From: a virus
Taxonomy: Duplodnaviria > Caudoviricetes
IMG/VR virus record: IMGVR_UViG_3300044852_000063
Span: 1 to 64,000 of that record
Length of the DNA stretch: 64,000 nucleotides
Strand: one strand, 5' to 3'
In this document: piece by piece, positions 53,577-64,000 of the stretch
Numbering within the stretch: the stretch's first letter is position 1
How the letters are laid out: every line of letters starts with the position of its first letter
Notes under the pieces: generated by a model
What the model was told of the DNA's origin: nothing
The model's database searches: none
Seen by the model: the letters and a program-made list of their open reading frames with translations, nothing else
Program-made: the position numbers and the translations under genes

Positions 53577-56500
53577 ACTGGCCTTTAAACGGTGACATCA
53601 TCGCATTCACAGTGGCCAGATCGTCCAAGGTGCCCGGGTACTTCAGCGCACCGATGCTCAACGGGTTGTTGAGGTGGTGCATGAAGCCCGAGTCCATCAG
53701 CGTCTGTGCCCCGGCGAAGTACTGGTCGATGCCGAGCAACATCAGCGCTCGCGCTGGGTTGTCCTTCCACAGGTGCATGATCACCTTCTGGATGCGCAAG
53801 TAGTATTTGGTGAACCAGATGATGCCCATGTCGTTCAGGTACTGCATCGAACGGTGGGTGGGGATGTCGTAGTTCACAAAGGCATCCGAGACAAACTGCA
53901 CCGCGGTCTTGTGGTCCATCGGCGCATTCTCGCGGTGAGTCATGTGCTGGTAGGCCGTGTAACGCGCCAGGAAGTCACTGACCTGCGTACCCTGGCTCAG
54001 CCATTGGTACAGCGGCGTATCGTGCGCCATGTACAGCGTGCGGCCCGCTGCCTTGATGTGCTTGTTCAAGCCATTGGTGTACTTCTCGGCACCACGTACC
54101 AGTCGGCTCTTATAGCTGAACTCGTCGTGCTCTTGCGCCACGTCTTCCACAATCGTTGGCAACAGGCCGGCGTCGATCAGCTCTTTCACCGGGCTACGGG
54201 CAATCGAGTCTTCCAACTGGATGATCCGCTGCTGCATGTCGTGCTGGGTGCCAACCAATGTCCCGGTCGCCAGCAACTGCTGGAGCTTGAACAGCTCCTT
54301 GGCATCCTTGCGGTAGGCGGTAACGCCGCGCAGTGCCACTCGATGGTGCTTGACGATGTCTTTCAACGGCACACCAATCCAGTACAGCTCACTGAAGTTG
54401 GACAGGACGTTGCCCAACAGGGTCAGACCGGACTTCACCACCAGGATGTCTTTGATCTCACTGATGATTTCCTGCCAGATGTCCTCGGCCTGGCGCAGTT
54501 TCAAGCCCGCCCGTGCTTCAGCAGCGGCGCGGCCGTCGGCCGTTTGGTAAGGCAAGCTGTTGGCACCGCGATCGGCCAGGATGAACGACCAGAAGTCGAC
54601 CGTGACCTGCTCCAGCGCATTGCGCACCTCTTTACCCGGCACTGTGCCGCCCTTGGCCTGTTTGCCGAACATGTCGCTGAGGCTGAACTTGCGGTAGCCA
54701 AAGTTCATGTCGATCAGGTCCGAGCGCACCAGCATGGTGTTCGAGCCCCAGACATCCTGAATGGCCTGCTGTGTCGACTTCGGCAACAGCTTGTAGGCTT
54801 CACGCAAGCTGGCATCCGGACTGGTCGGCCCGACTTTCAGATAGCGCTCCGGCATCGCGGCGTACTCGGCCAGGTACTGGTCGTGCAGCGCCTGCACTGC
54901 GACCTTGTTCTGGTCAGCACTGGCTTGCTTGTCAAAGGTCGCCCCGGCGAACTTGCCCAGCAGCGAAGCGAAGCTGTTGTCGCGCTCCAGGGCCACGTCC
55001 TTGGTCTCGTGGTTCATCAGGTAGGCGTAGTTGACCGCTTCACCCTGGCTGTTGAACACCGGCGCCAGGTGATTGCCGCGTTCACGCCCCGGCTCGTAGT
55101 GCTCACCGGCACTGAACAGGGCATTGACTGCCGCCGCCTTCTTGCGCTCGATCAGGGCACTGTGGCGCTGGTTCTGTGCGTGCAGGGTCTGCCCTTGCAT
55201 GTCGAACTCACCGCTGTGCACTGTGCTGCCCTTGGCATTCAGGCTGGTGGTCGAGAAGATCCCCGTCACATAGGCCTTCAGGCCACCATCCTCCAGGCGA
55301 TACAGGTGCATTTCTTCGGCATATGGATCAGCCTTATCTTGCTCGAGCGCCTTGTCGCTCTTGGCATAGCCCAGTCGTTGCAGCTGCAACCCGTCCACCG
55401 CATTCGCTGCCTTCAGCGTGATGTGGGGATTGAACACTTCGGGCACATACCCTTTGATCATCAGGCCTTCAGCGCCATCGAACAGCCGCTCACGCGCCTG
55501 GTTCTGCAACTCACGGTGCATACGCAACGTTAGCTGCATCCCCGATTCATTGCCACGGGCATTCTCCACACGGAACACCTGAGCCAGGTTGCTTAGCACT
55601 GGACCATCGGTGTAGTGCAGCGCCAGCAGCGAAACCAGTGGGTCCAAGACCTTCTGCGCGGCTTTCGAGTCGGCGGCCGAGACACTGCCCTCTTGACGGG
55701 TGCCATACAGCTCGGCAATGCCCAACACGTTCTTCACCAGGTTTGGTGTGCGCACCTTGCCGGTGGCCATGTAGTAGGCCAGGTCCTTGGCCGCCCGCTG
55801 GTAGTAGTTGAAGTAGCGCGTCTTCTTCAGCGCCGCCATCTGCACGCCGATCGCCGCTTTCAGCTTGGCCGGATCGGACAACAGCTGTTCTAGTTCGTCC
55901 TGGGTGTACAGATCGAGCAGGCTTTGCATGTCGGCGCGCAGTGCGCCCTGAGTGATGGCCGACTGTTGGGCTTTGGTCAGGTCGGTGCCGCCGTTGGCGA
56001 AACCCCCCAGTACCAGCTGCTCGGTGTCACTGATCAGGTGCTTGCGAATGCGCTCGTTGTTGTTGGTGGCGCGCAGCAGTTCATGCGCGGTCAGGTTGCC
56101 GGCATGGCTGCCGCGGATCTCGTTAAACAGGCCCATGACCATGCCCGGACGCTGCTTGAACTGCTGATCACGCAGACGCTGCACCCCTTCAACGAAGTGA
56201 TCGAGACGATCACCGAACAGGGTGCTGGACACCGCGCCGAGGGCGCGCACCGAGCTCAGCTTGTTCTGCTTGACGAAGCTGCTGTCCGCCGCAGCGGTCA
56301 GGCCACGGCGCACCGCGTCGTTCAACTTGCGGGTCTGCGCCTCGACGATGTCGTTGAAGCCGTTCTTCGGCGCGGCGAGCATGGTCCGGCGCTTGGCTTC
56401 AATGCCGACCAGTTGCTCGATCAACGTCATCAGTTTGGCGTCAGCGATCTGCCCCGGCTGGGTGTGGGTCAGCTTGCTGTGCAGGGTCTCGAGGATACGC

Positions 56501-59500
56501 TCGAACAGGGCCTGCACCGCTTCCCAGAAACTCAGGCCTTTAAGGCTCTTGTTGTCCAGCTTGGTGCTGAACTGCATGGCCTGGGCCATCGGCTCGTAGG
56601 CCAACGACATGGCGGCGAAGCGCGCCAGGTAATCGGACTTGCCATCCATGCCTTGCTTGGCGGTGAACACGTAGTCGTAGGCGGCCTGGCCGATGTCGGC
56701 CGGGGTCAGCTTGGCCTTGGCCTCTTCATACAGCTTGCCCAGTTCGCGGTAGGCGACGGTGGTCGAGCCGGTGTTGTCGATCGAGGCCAGAGTCACGGCT
56801 TCGACCTGCTCGAAGACAAAGGCTTCTTGCGCACTCATCTGCACGCCGCTGACTTGCGCGGCGGAGCTGTACGGCAGGCGGCCAGTGGCAATCGCATTGA
56901 CAAAGCGATCGTTCGGCGTCAGTGCCTGCTCCGCGGCAATCGCTGCTTTGATCACCCCGAATGGTCCATGCAGCTTGTCGGCAATGTTCAACTGCACGTT
57001 CTTCAGGTGCGCCACGAAGTGGGCTGGCGCCGAAGCCAGGTAATCAAACAGTTCCTGGGTCGACAGCGAGGCCAGACGGGTCAGCGGATCAGTGCTGTTC
57101 ATCGCCAGGGTCAGGCCAGTCGAGGTTTCCGGCTTGGCTTGAGTGGCGGCGAATAGGCCAGAGGCGTTCTCGATCAGCACGGTCAGGCCATTCAGCGCCT
57201 GGGCCGACTGGCTCAGACGGCTGTCATGGAACAGCAGGCCGGCAATCGAATCGATGAAGCGCTTCATCCCGGTGATGAACGAGTTGGCCACCGACTTATG
57301 CGGCACCTTCACCGCCCGCAGGACCTGGTCCTGGAAGGCTTTGTTGGTCAGACCATAGGCAATCAGCTCGTGAACACTGGAAGTGGCGTCTTTGAAGCGC
57401 TCCATCAGCGCCGGACTGCCTTTCATGTAGCCTTTGACCCAGTTCAGCAGCTGTTCCAGCTCCTTGACCATGGCCTTGGCCTCAGGAGTAGACGGGTTCT
57501 CGGTCTCTTGAGCGACTACACCGTGCACAAGTTCGTGCATCAGCAGCTCAGTGGTCAGTCCAGAGCGGGCGAAGGCCGGCGACTTGACGAAGATACCGCG
57601 CTCAGAGTTGAACCAGCCCAGTGCATTGCTCAACTGGGTCATGTCTTGGCCGTCGAACGGGGTCTCAGGGGTGACGAAGGTCACCTTGAGGTCCTTGTTG
57701 ACCGAACGAGCCAACAATTTCAACAGCTTAGCGAGGTAGCGGCCCTGTACATCGTCCTCCAGACCTTGTGCAAGGACACTGAACAGCTCACCAGCGGTAC
57801 GCTCAGGCTTCTCAGTGAAGAATTGTACCAGTCCAGGATCGCTGGCCACGCCAGAACGACCGACTTCACCCCAGCTATTGCGCTTGGCCTCGGCTTCAGC
57901 GACTTGAGCCTCGGCTTCCTTGAGCATCAAGGTCCGGCCCAGCTTGCTCAGCTTGGTTTGAGTGGCTGGATCGATCTTATCCACCAGTGCAGCCTGGGCT
58001 TTGGCCACGTCAGCCTTGTTGGCCTCGGTGACTTCGTAGCTGTGACCGGCCAGGCCGTACTGAGAGATGAACTGTTGCTCAGCGAGGAACGCCAGCTTGG
58101 CCTGGTCCGCAGCGTGGGCGAAGCTCTGCACTTCTTGCAGCTTGCCAGCCAGACTGTCGATGTTGTTTTTCTTCATCAACTGGGACAGCTTGCCGGTCAG
58201 TTCGCTGTCGGCGTTGTCCTGCATCACGTCCGCCAGGCCCAGTAGCACCCGCTTCAGGGTGTCGGCCATGGCCTGCGGCGGCGAGTACGCCAGCAGGTTG
58301 TCGAAGGTCGACTGGTTCAAGTCCACCGCCATGTCGCCCAGCTCGTTGATCCCGCTGCCGCCGGCGTCGTGGATGTTGAGGATCGAGCGCTTGGCATACA
58401 CCTGGCTCATGATCCCGGAGTCGGTCGACTGCACACCGTTGACCACCGAGGACACACCCGGGCCTTCGGCGACACGCTTGAAGCCACGGAAACGCATGGT
58501 TTTCACCGTGGCTTTCTTGTCCCCCGGCGCGGTCGGCACTTCCTCACCCAGCGAGAGCTGGCCACTGTAGGCCGGGTCATCACTCAGCGATTTGCCGCTG
58601 TCGGCCAGCTTCACCCCGGTCGACACCGTGCCGTCGCGGTTGGAAATCGAGGTGGCCAGCAGTGGTTCCATGTGCGCCAGACGCTTGCGGATCAGCTCTT
58701 CCTGCTCGGCCGTGAGGTCGTGCAGCGGCGCATCCTTCTTGTTGTGCGTGGTGCTGGCGATCGAGCCCTTGAGGTTCTGCGCAATGTACGACTCGCGCAT
58801 GTGCTGGTAGACCAGGTTGTACAGGTCGAAAGCCAGACGGCCGTAGCCGTTGTACTTGTCGCGGCGGGCAATGAAGTCGCTCAGCGTGTCATTCAGCGCT
58901 TGCTCCATGGCCACACCGACGGTCTCGGCGAAGAACTTCTTCAACGCCACTTCCTGTTTGCCGGACAGCACGTTGTTCATCGCGTCTTCGATCGACATCG
59001 AGGTGTTGAGTCCAGACTCGTTCTGCTCACGCAGCATGGCGCTGACATGGGTCAGCAGCTCAGTCAGCTGTTCGCTGGCCAGTGCCCGGTCTGGATGCGC
59101 GGCCAGTTTCTCGATCTTGCCGTACAGGTTGCCGATGAAGTCGTCGGCCATACCATCGATGGCAGCGGCCATGGTCGAACCGTAGTTCACCGCGGTCAGG
59201 GGGCGCTTGACGATGTTGCGATCGACGTTGACCGACAGGTCACCGGTGATGGCGAACACATGGGCCAGGTGCTCTGGAATGAACGGCATGCCGCGCAGGT
59301 GTTCGGTCAGGCGATCCGCCAGGGTTTCGTAGAAGTCCCGGTTACCCTGGCCACGCCAGGTGGGGTAATCGGTAGCCGAAGCACCTTCGGCATAGAATCC
59401 ACCCTTCTCGGCAATGTCCTGGGTGATGGTGCCGAACAGGATCTGGCTCAGCATCGGGCCGTTGGTCACACCGTCGACTTCACCCATCAGCTTGCTGGTG

Positions 59501-62500
59501 AACTTTTGCTTGCTGGCTTTGGCCATGTCGAACTGGACCATCTCCATCAGCACGGCGAAGCTGTGCAGGTTTTCTTTGCCGGCCTTGACCGCCTCGACGA
59601 TGTCGCGCTGTTGCTCAGTGGACAGGGTCTCACCGGACAGCTGCGCGTGTAGCGCGGCCATACCGGCCTGCATCACGTCGGTTTCCAGCAGATCGCGCAC
59701 TTCTTGCAGCGACTTTTTCTTGTTCTGTTTGTCGATCTTCACGCCCAGACCGGCGCCGACCTGCAACAGGAACTCGTTGGCCTGCACGGACTTGCGCGGG
59801 TCAATCACAGAGGTCCAATCGCTCATGCCCACCAGCCAGCGATGAACTTTGCTGGTTTGCGGGTTCAACACGTTGCCGGTCATACCCACCCGGTGGTGTT
59901 TCCAGATCGAGTACTCCATGAACAGGTCCTGATCCAGGCCCTGCTCTTCGGCCTGCATGCGGGCCAGGTACTCGAAGGCGTTATCACGGTCACGGATCAG
60001 TGCATCGTTTTTGGCCTTGAGGCCGGCGCGGTTGTCTTTGTGCACCAGCGCTTCGTCCACCGGCTTCACGCCGATCATCTCTTCCACCATCTCCGGTGGC
60101 AGCCCCAGCAGGAAATTCACCCGCTCACTGATTGGTCGCCAGACCTTCTTGGTCAACTGGTTCAAGTTGTCGATCAGGTTCTGCGGCGCCGGTTGCTCGG
60201 TGTTCTGCGTGGTGTCGTTGACGTAGTCCGGCGCTTCGCGGCGCGGCTCCGAGGTGCGGTTGCCGGTGGCAAAGATCTTGTCGAGGATGTTCTGCGAGCC
60301 AGTGCTGGCCTCGATGATGTCCTTGACGTTCTGGTTGTCCTTGTTCACCGCGACGAAGTAGATCTTGGTCTCGTCGAGCTTGGCCGCTTCCAGCTCCTGG
60401 TCATCCAGGTTGGCGTTCTCCGGCAGTTTGGCGCCGAGCGTGGTCAGCTGACCCTTGGTGATGGCCTGGCGCTGGATCAGGTTCCAGTCAAGCATCACGG
60501 CGATGGCGAACTGGCCGACACCGGCTTCAATACGCGAACGCTCGTTCTGCGGTGCAGTCTTCAGGGCCTTGATGCCCAAGGCTTGCAGCACGCTCTGGCC
60601 AATGCTGTTGGCCGCCAGCGACTCACGGGTGCCCAAGTGGCCCACAGCTGCATAGATGTGGTCGCCCAGGCGCTTGTCCTTGTCCCAGTTGAGGATGCGG
60701 CTGATGTGCTGCGGGCTGCCGACCAGATCGCGGCCGTGTTCGTTCACCCAGCTGAATACCGCGGCACTGATCGCCGTCTTGACGTTGGCTTCCAGCTCAC
60801 CGGTCTCCGGGTCCATGAAGAACTCGATCGGCTTGGCGTAGGAGAACTCCGGGTTGACCTTCTTCGGCAACAGCCGGTCGACCACGCCGCTCAGTGCGGC
60901 ATTGGCCTCGGTGAACAGCGCCAGCACCTTGTCTTGCTGGGTGCTCAGCGATTTACCCGGGGCAAAGTCCGCCAGCTTGTGTGTGGTCTGCGACATGAAG
61001 TCCTTGACCGCCACCAGTGGCCGGCTCAGGCCGGATACTTCACGGTCCTTGGACTGGGTGAAGAACTGGCGCACCAGGTTGACCGACTTGTAGTTGCTGT
61101 CGTTGGTGCTGGTCACACGCTCGCCCTGGAACACTTTCAAGGTCCCAGTTTCGCCCTGCTCGGTAGGGCCGGTGGCTGCTTCAGGCGCATCCTGAATTTC
61201 GGCCACCGTCGATTCTTCTACCGTGTCGGCTGCCGCCGGTTCGGTCGCTGCGCTCTGTTCGGTTTGTTTCTGTTCGGTGGACGCTGTCGCGCCGGTGGAC
61301 CCGGCCTGCCCACGGGGCAGCCCGTGACTGCGGCGCTCAGCGACACTCGCCTGTACCGGCAGTGCAGCGGCGGCACTCAGTGCTTTGTAGGTAGCGACAA
61401 TCGCCTTGGCCTCGGCCTGGATGTTCTGCACCAGCGGTCGGCTGAATTTGCCACCACGGATCTCCAGACCACCGTTGGCCTTCAGTGCTTCGGCAGCCAG
61501 AGGCGAACCAGTATTGATCTCCCAGCCCTTGTCAGTCTTCAGCACCTGCACTGGTTGGCCACTGTTGCGGGCCTGCTCATAGGCAGCACGGGCTACACGG
61601 AACTTGTCCTGGTGCGCCAGGGCGAACTGTTCCAGCTGGCCCAGCAGCTTGGTTGACTTGGCCGTGTTGCCGGTCGCCAGGGCTTGGCCCACTTGCGTTT
61701 GGTACTGCACCAGGCCCATGTTCTCCGGGGTGCCTTGCAGCACTTCGGCGTGCACGTCGGCCTGGGTTTGCAGGGCGTTACGCGCCACTCGCGCTTCATC
61801 GAACTGGCGCAAGTAGCTGCGCTGCTCGGTGCTCAGGCCGTTGGCTTGGTCATTGATCAAACCAGACAGGTCAGCACTGCTCAGTGACTCGGGGTTGTGC
61901 ATGGCCAGGGTCAGGACTTTCTGTGCGGCTTCTGGCTCAGTGGCAGCGGCTTGTACCGTGGCTTCCACGTCGGCAGCCTTCGGCGAAACCAGGACACCCA
62001 ATTGCTCGGTGACTTGTTTGGCCGTGTCCAGTTGCCCGCTCAGCTTGCTCAGGGTCTGCACGTCCGCGGCTTTCTGCTCCGGGGTCAGTGCTTCAACGTC
62101 GGTGATGCCCTGTTGCAGCGCGGCGGCCAGCGGTTCATTGCCAGCGGCCACGGCGGCTTGGTGCTCAGCCTTCAGCTGGGCCAGACCTTCCGGAGTGGCG
62201 TCCTGTACCGCGGCTTGGCGCGACTGCACCTGGGTTTCCAGGTCAGCGACGATGGTCTGTGCCTGTTCCAGGTGTTGGACCTGGGCTTCCGGGGTGACGT
62301 CCTCTTTCTGGCTGGCAGCGAACAGCACCGCCACGCCTTTGTCCGGGGCATAGTTCTTCGACTTCGGATCGAGGTACACCGACGGGTCGGCGGCATCCAC
62401 GGCTTTTTGGAAGTCAGCGACTTCGGTCTGTGCAGCGTCAGCGGCACTGGCTTTCTCACTGACATGCTCCAGCGCAGCGGTGGCACCGCCCATGGGTGCG

Positions 62501-63945
62501 CCAGTGACCAGGCCCATGGCCGCGGCATTGCCCACACCGTCATCCCATTGTTTGTCCAGGCCGACGTTCTGCGCGACTTGCTCACCGGACGATTGCAGGA
62601 CTTCTTCGCCACCTTCGATACCGGCCGACAGGGCCGTGCGCGACAGCAGACCACGCTCAGCATCTTTCATGGCGCCACGCACCACGGCTTCATCGACGTC
62701 GCTGACTTTTAGTGCATGCGCCAGCTTGTTGCCGGCGGCGCCCACCACTGTACCCATGACGCCAGTACCTGCGGCGAGCAGTTGCTGTTTCAGGGTCAGG
62801 CGACCGTCTTCGGTCTGGTTGCGGATGTTCTCCGCTTGCTGGCCGGCCATGACCGTGCCTTCACCAATGGCCCCGGCGATACCGGCTTGAATGGTTGGTG
62901 CGGCTTTGGTCACCAGTTTGCCCACGGCACCGCCGACCATCATTGATGGCACGGACTCAATGATCCCGCCAGAGATGGTGCTCGGGTTGTCCAGCGCCGC
63001 GGACAAGGTGTCACTGAAGCCTTCGGCTTTCTGTGTCTTGCTGTCGGCCAGCTGCTGTTCCGGAGTCATCATCGACGCCAGGCGCTTCTTGGTTTCCTTG
63101 AAGCTGTAGCCGTTGTCCTCGAGGATCTTGCCGCTGGCGCCACTGTTAAGGAAGTCGGTGACCCCCACCAGGGCTTCATCGGCACCAACGAAACCAGAAG
63201 CCAGTTTCAAGGCACCGTCGGCGACCCGCTGTTGCAGACCCGAGGTACGTTCACCGGTTTCCGGGTTGATCGACACCAGCGATTCCAGGTTGCTGGCGTC
63301 ACCAATGGTCTTGGCCAGCTGCCGCGCTTTCATTGCCGCGGTCAGGCGGTCCACCGTCAAACCATCGACACCAACGGCCGGCACCGGTTGGGTGACCTGC
63401 TCCATGCTTGGCGTCACTTCATTGACGACGTTGTCGCCTTTGGCGTGGTAACGATCAATGGCATCGGCTTTGTTGACCGGCACATCACCGTCAAAGCTGT
63501 TGAGCAACAGCGTCTTGTTGGTGGTGGGGTCGGTGTACTGGAAGGGTTCGTCATACCCCAGTGCCGGAGCTGGCTGTGCGTCAAACGCGGCCCGCTGTTC
63601 CGGGGAAACACTGTTCTCGGCGGAATCTGCCAGGGCATTCAAAGGAATGGTGGCTGCCTTGCCCACCAGCTTGGCCGCCGTGCTGAAGGTTGCCGCCGCG
63701 GTGTCTACCACTTTGCCAACCAGGGAATTCGGGTCGAGGTCGAGTTTGCCGACCACCGACTCGGTATTGATGTTGGCGATTTCGACCTTACGAGCCGCAT
63801 CCACGCTCATCTGAGCCTGTTTGCGGGCGGCAGCTTCCGCTACTTGGCGTTGCTTGGGTGTCAGGTATTGCGCAGCGTCGCCAGTGGGCAGGGCCTCGAA
63901 GGCACCATCCCGCTTGGCCAGGTACTCGGTCAGGTCGAAAGCCAT
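53575..63945 (-). CDS. virion-encapsidated RNA polymerase (N4 gp50-like vRNAP)
   Basis: 3456 aa with no Cys seen on reading; EVDGVTNGP, RNIVKRPLTAVNYGS and NIHDA motifs; C-terminal HELVH. Confidence 0.97.
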   Translation of the reverse strand: MAFDLTEYLAKRDGAFEALPTGDAAQYLTPKQRQVAEAAARKQAQMSVDAARKVEIANINTESVVGKLDLDPNSLVGKVVDTAAATFSTAAKLVGKAATIPLNALADSAENSVSPEQRAAFDAQPAPALGYDEPFQYTDPTTNKTLLLNSFDGDVPVNKADAIDRYHAKGDNVVNEVTPSMEQVTQPVPAVGVDGLTVDRLTAAMKARQLAKTIGDASNLESLVSINPETGERTSGLQQRVADGALKLASGFVGADEALVGVTDFLNSGASGKILEDNGYSFKETKKRLASMMTPEQQLADSKTQKAEGFSDTLSAALDNPSTISGGIIESVPSMMVGGAVGKLVTKAAPTIQAGIAGAIGEGTVMAGQQAENIRNQTEDGRLTLKQQLLAAGTGVMGTVVGAAGNKLAHALKVSDVDEAVVRGAMKDAERGLLSRTALSAGIEGGEEVLQSSGEQVAQNVGLDKQWDDGVGNAAAMGLVTGAPMGGATAALEHVSEKASAADAAQTEVADFQKAVDAADPSVYLDPKSKNYAPDKGVAVLFAASQKEDVTPEAQVQHLEQAQTIVADLETQVQSRQAAVQDATPEGLAQLKAEHQAAVAAGNEPLAAALQQGITDVEALTPEQKAADVQTLSKLSGQLDTAKQVTEQLGVLVSPKAADVEATVQAAATEPEAAQKVLTLAMHNPESLSSADLSGLINDQANGLSTEQRSYLRQFDEARVARNALQTQADVHAEVLQGTPENMGLVQYQTQVGQALATGNTAKSTKLLGQLEQFALAHQDKFRVARAAYEQARNSGQPVQVLKTDKGWEINTGSPLAAEALKANGGLEIRGGKFSRPLVQNIQAEAKAIVATYKALSAAAALPVQASVAERRSHGLPRGQAGSTGATASTEQKQTEQSAATEPAAADTVEESTVAEIQDAPEAATGPTEQGETGTLKVFQGERVTSTNDSNYKSVNLVRQFFTQSKDREVSGLSRPLVAVKDFMSQTTHKLADFAPGKSLSTQQDKVLALFTEANAALSGVVDRLLPKKVNPEFSYAKPIEFFMDPETGELEANVKTAISAAVFSWVNEHGRDLVGSPQHISRILNWDKDKRLGDHIYAAVGHLGTRESLAANSIGQSVLQALGIKALKTAPQNERSRIEAGVGQFAIAVMLDWNLIQRQAITKGQLTTLGAKLPENANLDDQELEAAKLDETKIYFVAVNKDNQNVKDIIEASTGSQNILDKIFATGNRTSEPRREAPDYVNDTTQNTEQPAPQNLIDNLNQLTKKVWRPISERVNFLLGLPPEMVEEMIGVKPVDEALVHKDNRAGLKAKNDALIRDRDNAFEYLARMQAEEQGLDQDLFMEYSIWKHHRVGMTGNVLNPQTSKVHRWLVGMSDWTSVIDPRKSVQANEFLLQVGAGLGVKIDKQNKKKSLQEVRDLLETDVMQAGMAALHAQLSGETLSTEQQRDIVEAVKAGKENLHSFAVLMEMVQFDMAKASKQKFTSKLMGEVDGVTNGPMLSQILFGTITQDIAEKGGFYAEGASATDYPTWRGQGNRDFYETLADRLTEHLRGMPFIPEHLAHVFAITGDLSVNVDRNIVKRPLTAVNYGSTMAAAIDGMADDFIGNLYGKIEKLAAHPDRALASEQLTELLTHVSAMLREQNESGLNTSMSIEDAMNNVLSGKQEVALKKFFAETVGVAMEQALNDTLSDFIARRDKYNGYGRLAFDLYNLVYQHMRESYIAQNLKGSIASTTHNKKDAPLHDLTAEQEELIRKRLAHMEPLLATSISNRDGTVSTGVKLADSGKSLSDDPAYSGQLSLGEEVPTAPGDKKATVKTMRFRGFKRVAEGPGVSSVVNGVQSTDSGIMSQVYAKRSILNIHDAGGSGINELGDMAVDLNQSTFDNLLAYSPPQAMADTLKRVLLGLADVMQDNADSELTGKLSQLMKKNNIDSLAGKLQEVQSFAHAADQAKLAFLAEQQFISQYGLAGHSYEVTEANKADVAKAQAALVDKIDPATQTKLSKLGRTLMLKEAEAQVAEAEAKRNSWGEVGRSGVASDPGLVQFFTEKPERTAGELFSVLAQGLEDDVQGRYLAKLLKLLARSVNKDLKVTFVTPETPFDGQDMTQLSNALGWFNSERGIFVKSPAFARSGLTTELLMHELVHGVVAQETENPSTPEAKAMVKELEQLLNWVKGYMKGSPALMERFKDATSSVHELIAYGLTNKAFQDQVLRAVKVPHKSVANSFITGMKRFIDSIAGLLFHDSRLSQSAQALNGLTVLIENASGLFAATQAKPETSTGLTLAMNSTDPLTRLASLSTQELFDYLASAPAHFVAHLKNVQLNIADKLHGPFGVIKAAIAAEQALTPNDRFVNAIATGRLPYSSAAQVSGVQMSAQEAFVFEQVEAVTLASIDNTGSTTVAYRELGKLYEEAKAKLTPADIGQAAYDYVFTAKQGMDGKSDYLARFAAMSLAYEPMAQAMQFSTKLDNKSLKGLSFWEAVQALFERILETLHSKLTHTQPGQIADAKLMTLIEQLVGIEAKRRTMLAAPKNGFNDIVEAQTRKLNDAVRRGLTAAADSSFVKQNKLSSVRALGAVSSTLFGDRLDHFVEGVQRLRDQQFKQRPGMVMGLFNEIRGSHAGNLTAHELLRATNNNERIRKHLISDTEQLVLGGFANGGTDLTKAQQSAITQGALRADMQSLLDLYTQDELEQLLSDPAKLKAAIGVQMAALKKTRYFNYYQRAAKDLAYYMATGKVRTPNLVKNVLGIAELYGTRQEGSVSAADSKAAQKVLDPLVSLLALHYTDGPVLSNLAQVFRVENARGNESGMQLTLRMHRELQNQARERLFDGAEGLMIKGYVPEVFNPHITLKAANAVDGLQLQRLGYAKSDKALEQDKADPYAEEMHLYRLEDGGLKAYVTGIFSTTSLNAKGSTVHSGEFDMQGQTLHAQNQRHSALIERKKAAAVNALFSAGEHYEPGRERGNHLAPVFNSQGEAVNYAYLMNHETKDVALERDNSFASLLGKFAGATFDKQASADQNKVAVQALHDQYLAEYAAMPERYLKVGPTSPDASLREAYKLLPKSTQQAIQDVWGSNTMLVRSDLIDMNFGYRKFSLSDMFGKQAKGGTVPGKEVRNALEQVTVDFWSFILADRGANSLPYQTADGRAAAEARAGLKLRQAEDIWQEIISEIKDILVVKSGLTLLGNVLSNFSELYWIGVPLKDIVKHHRVALRGVTAYRKDAKELFKLQQLLATGTLVGTQHDMQQRIIQLEDSIARSPVKELIDAGLLPTIVEDVAQEHDEFSYKSRLVRGAEKYTNGLNKHIKAAGRTLYMAHDTPLYQWLSQGTQVSDFLARYTAYQHMTHRENAPMDHKTAVQFVSDAFVNYDIPTHRSMQYLNDMGIIWFTKYYLRIQKVIMHLWKDNPARALMLLGIDQYFAGAQTLMDSGFMHHLNNPLSIGALKYPGTLDDLATVNAMMSPFKGQ

Positions 63946-63947
63946 GT

Positions 63948-64000
63948 TTATTTGCGCTCCTGTAATGCCTTGCTGAATTTGTTCACATCGTAAGGAATGT
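63948..64000 (-). CDS. 3' end of the next virion gene (N4 gp51-like position; partial)
   Basis: ...IPYDVNKFSKALQERK-stop two nt before the vRNAP ATG; identity by synteny only. Confidence 0.5.
   Translation of the reverse strand, partial: IPYDVNKFSKALQERK

Overview
The window is about 64 kb of a lytic N4-like podophage genome (Schitoviridae); a Pseudomonas-type host is inferred from GC content and the style of the tail and lysin genes. It appears circularly permuted. It opens with the leftward terminase and gp69-like genes, crosses the probable terminal-repeat junction (about 2.0-2.9 kb), then runs rightward through the early genes, gp2/Drc, the split RNAP II, AAA/vWA genes, helicase, family A DNA polymerase and many accessory ORFs. 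An inverted tail-fibre/lysin module follows (31.8-40.1 kb), then thyA, a class II ribonucleotide reductase, exonuclease, primase, AAA ATPase, SSB and resolvase, and finally the 3456-aa virion RNA polymerase. The strongest unexplained signals are: (1) two inverted, homologous long DNA hairpins at 43.9-44.2 kb, capped by GC-GNA-GC mini-hairpins and followed by an HTH gene; (2) five early promoter-like CGCTYCGCT-N8-GG motifs with only a 2-bp stem; (3) six small early paralogues sharing a C-terminal W-x7-[LV]PxE[IL]RxxxL[LI] tag; (4) a second protein carrying the SSB C-terminal peptide SLFAKPQS; (5) a candidate counter-defence island with tandem tRNA T-arm mimics, TerB and a Gp49/Acb4-like fusion; (6) a mini-ClpX lacking its IGF and GYVG loops; (7) a PLA2-like mini-protein coupled to the endolysin. 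All family assignments come from motif recognition by eye; no database search was run.
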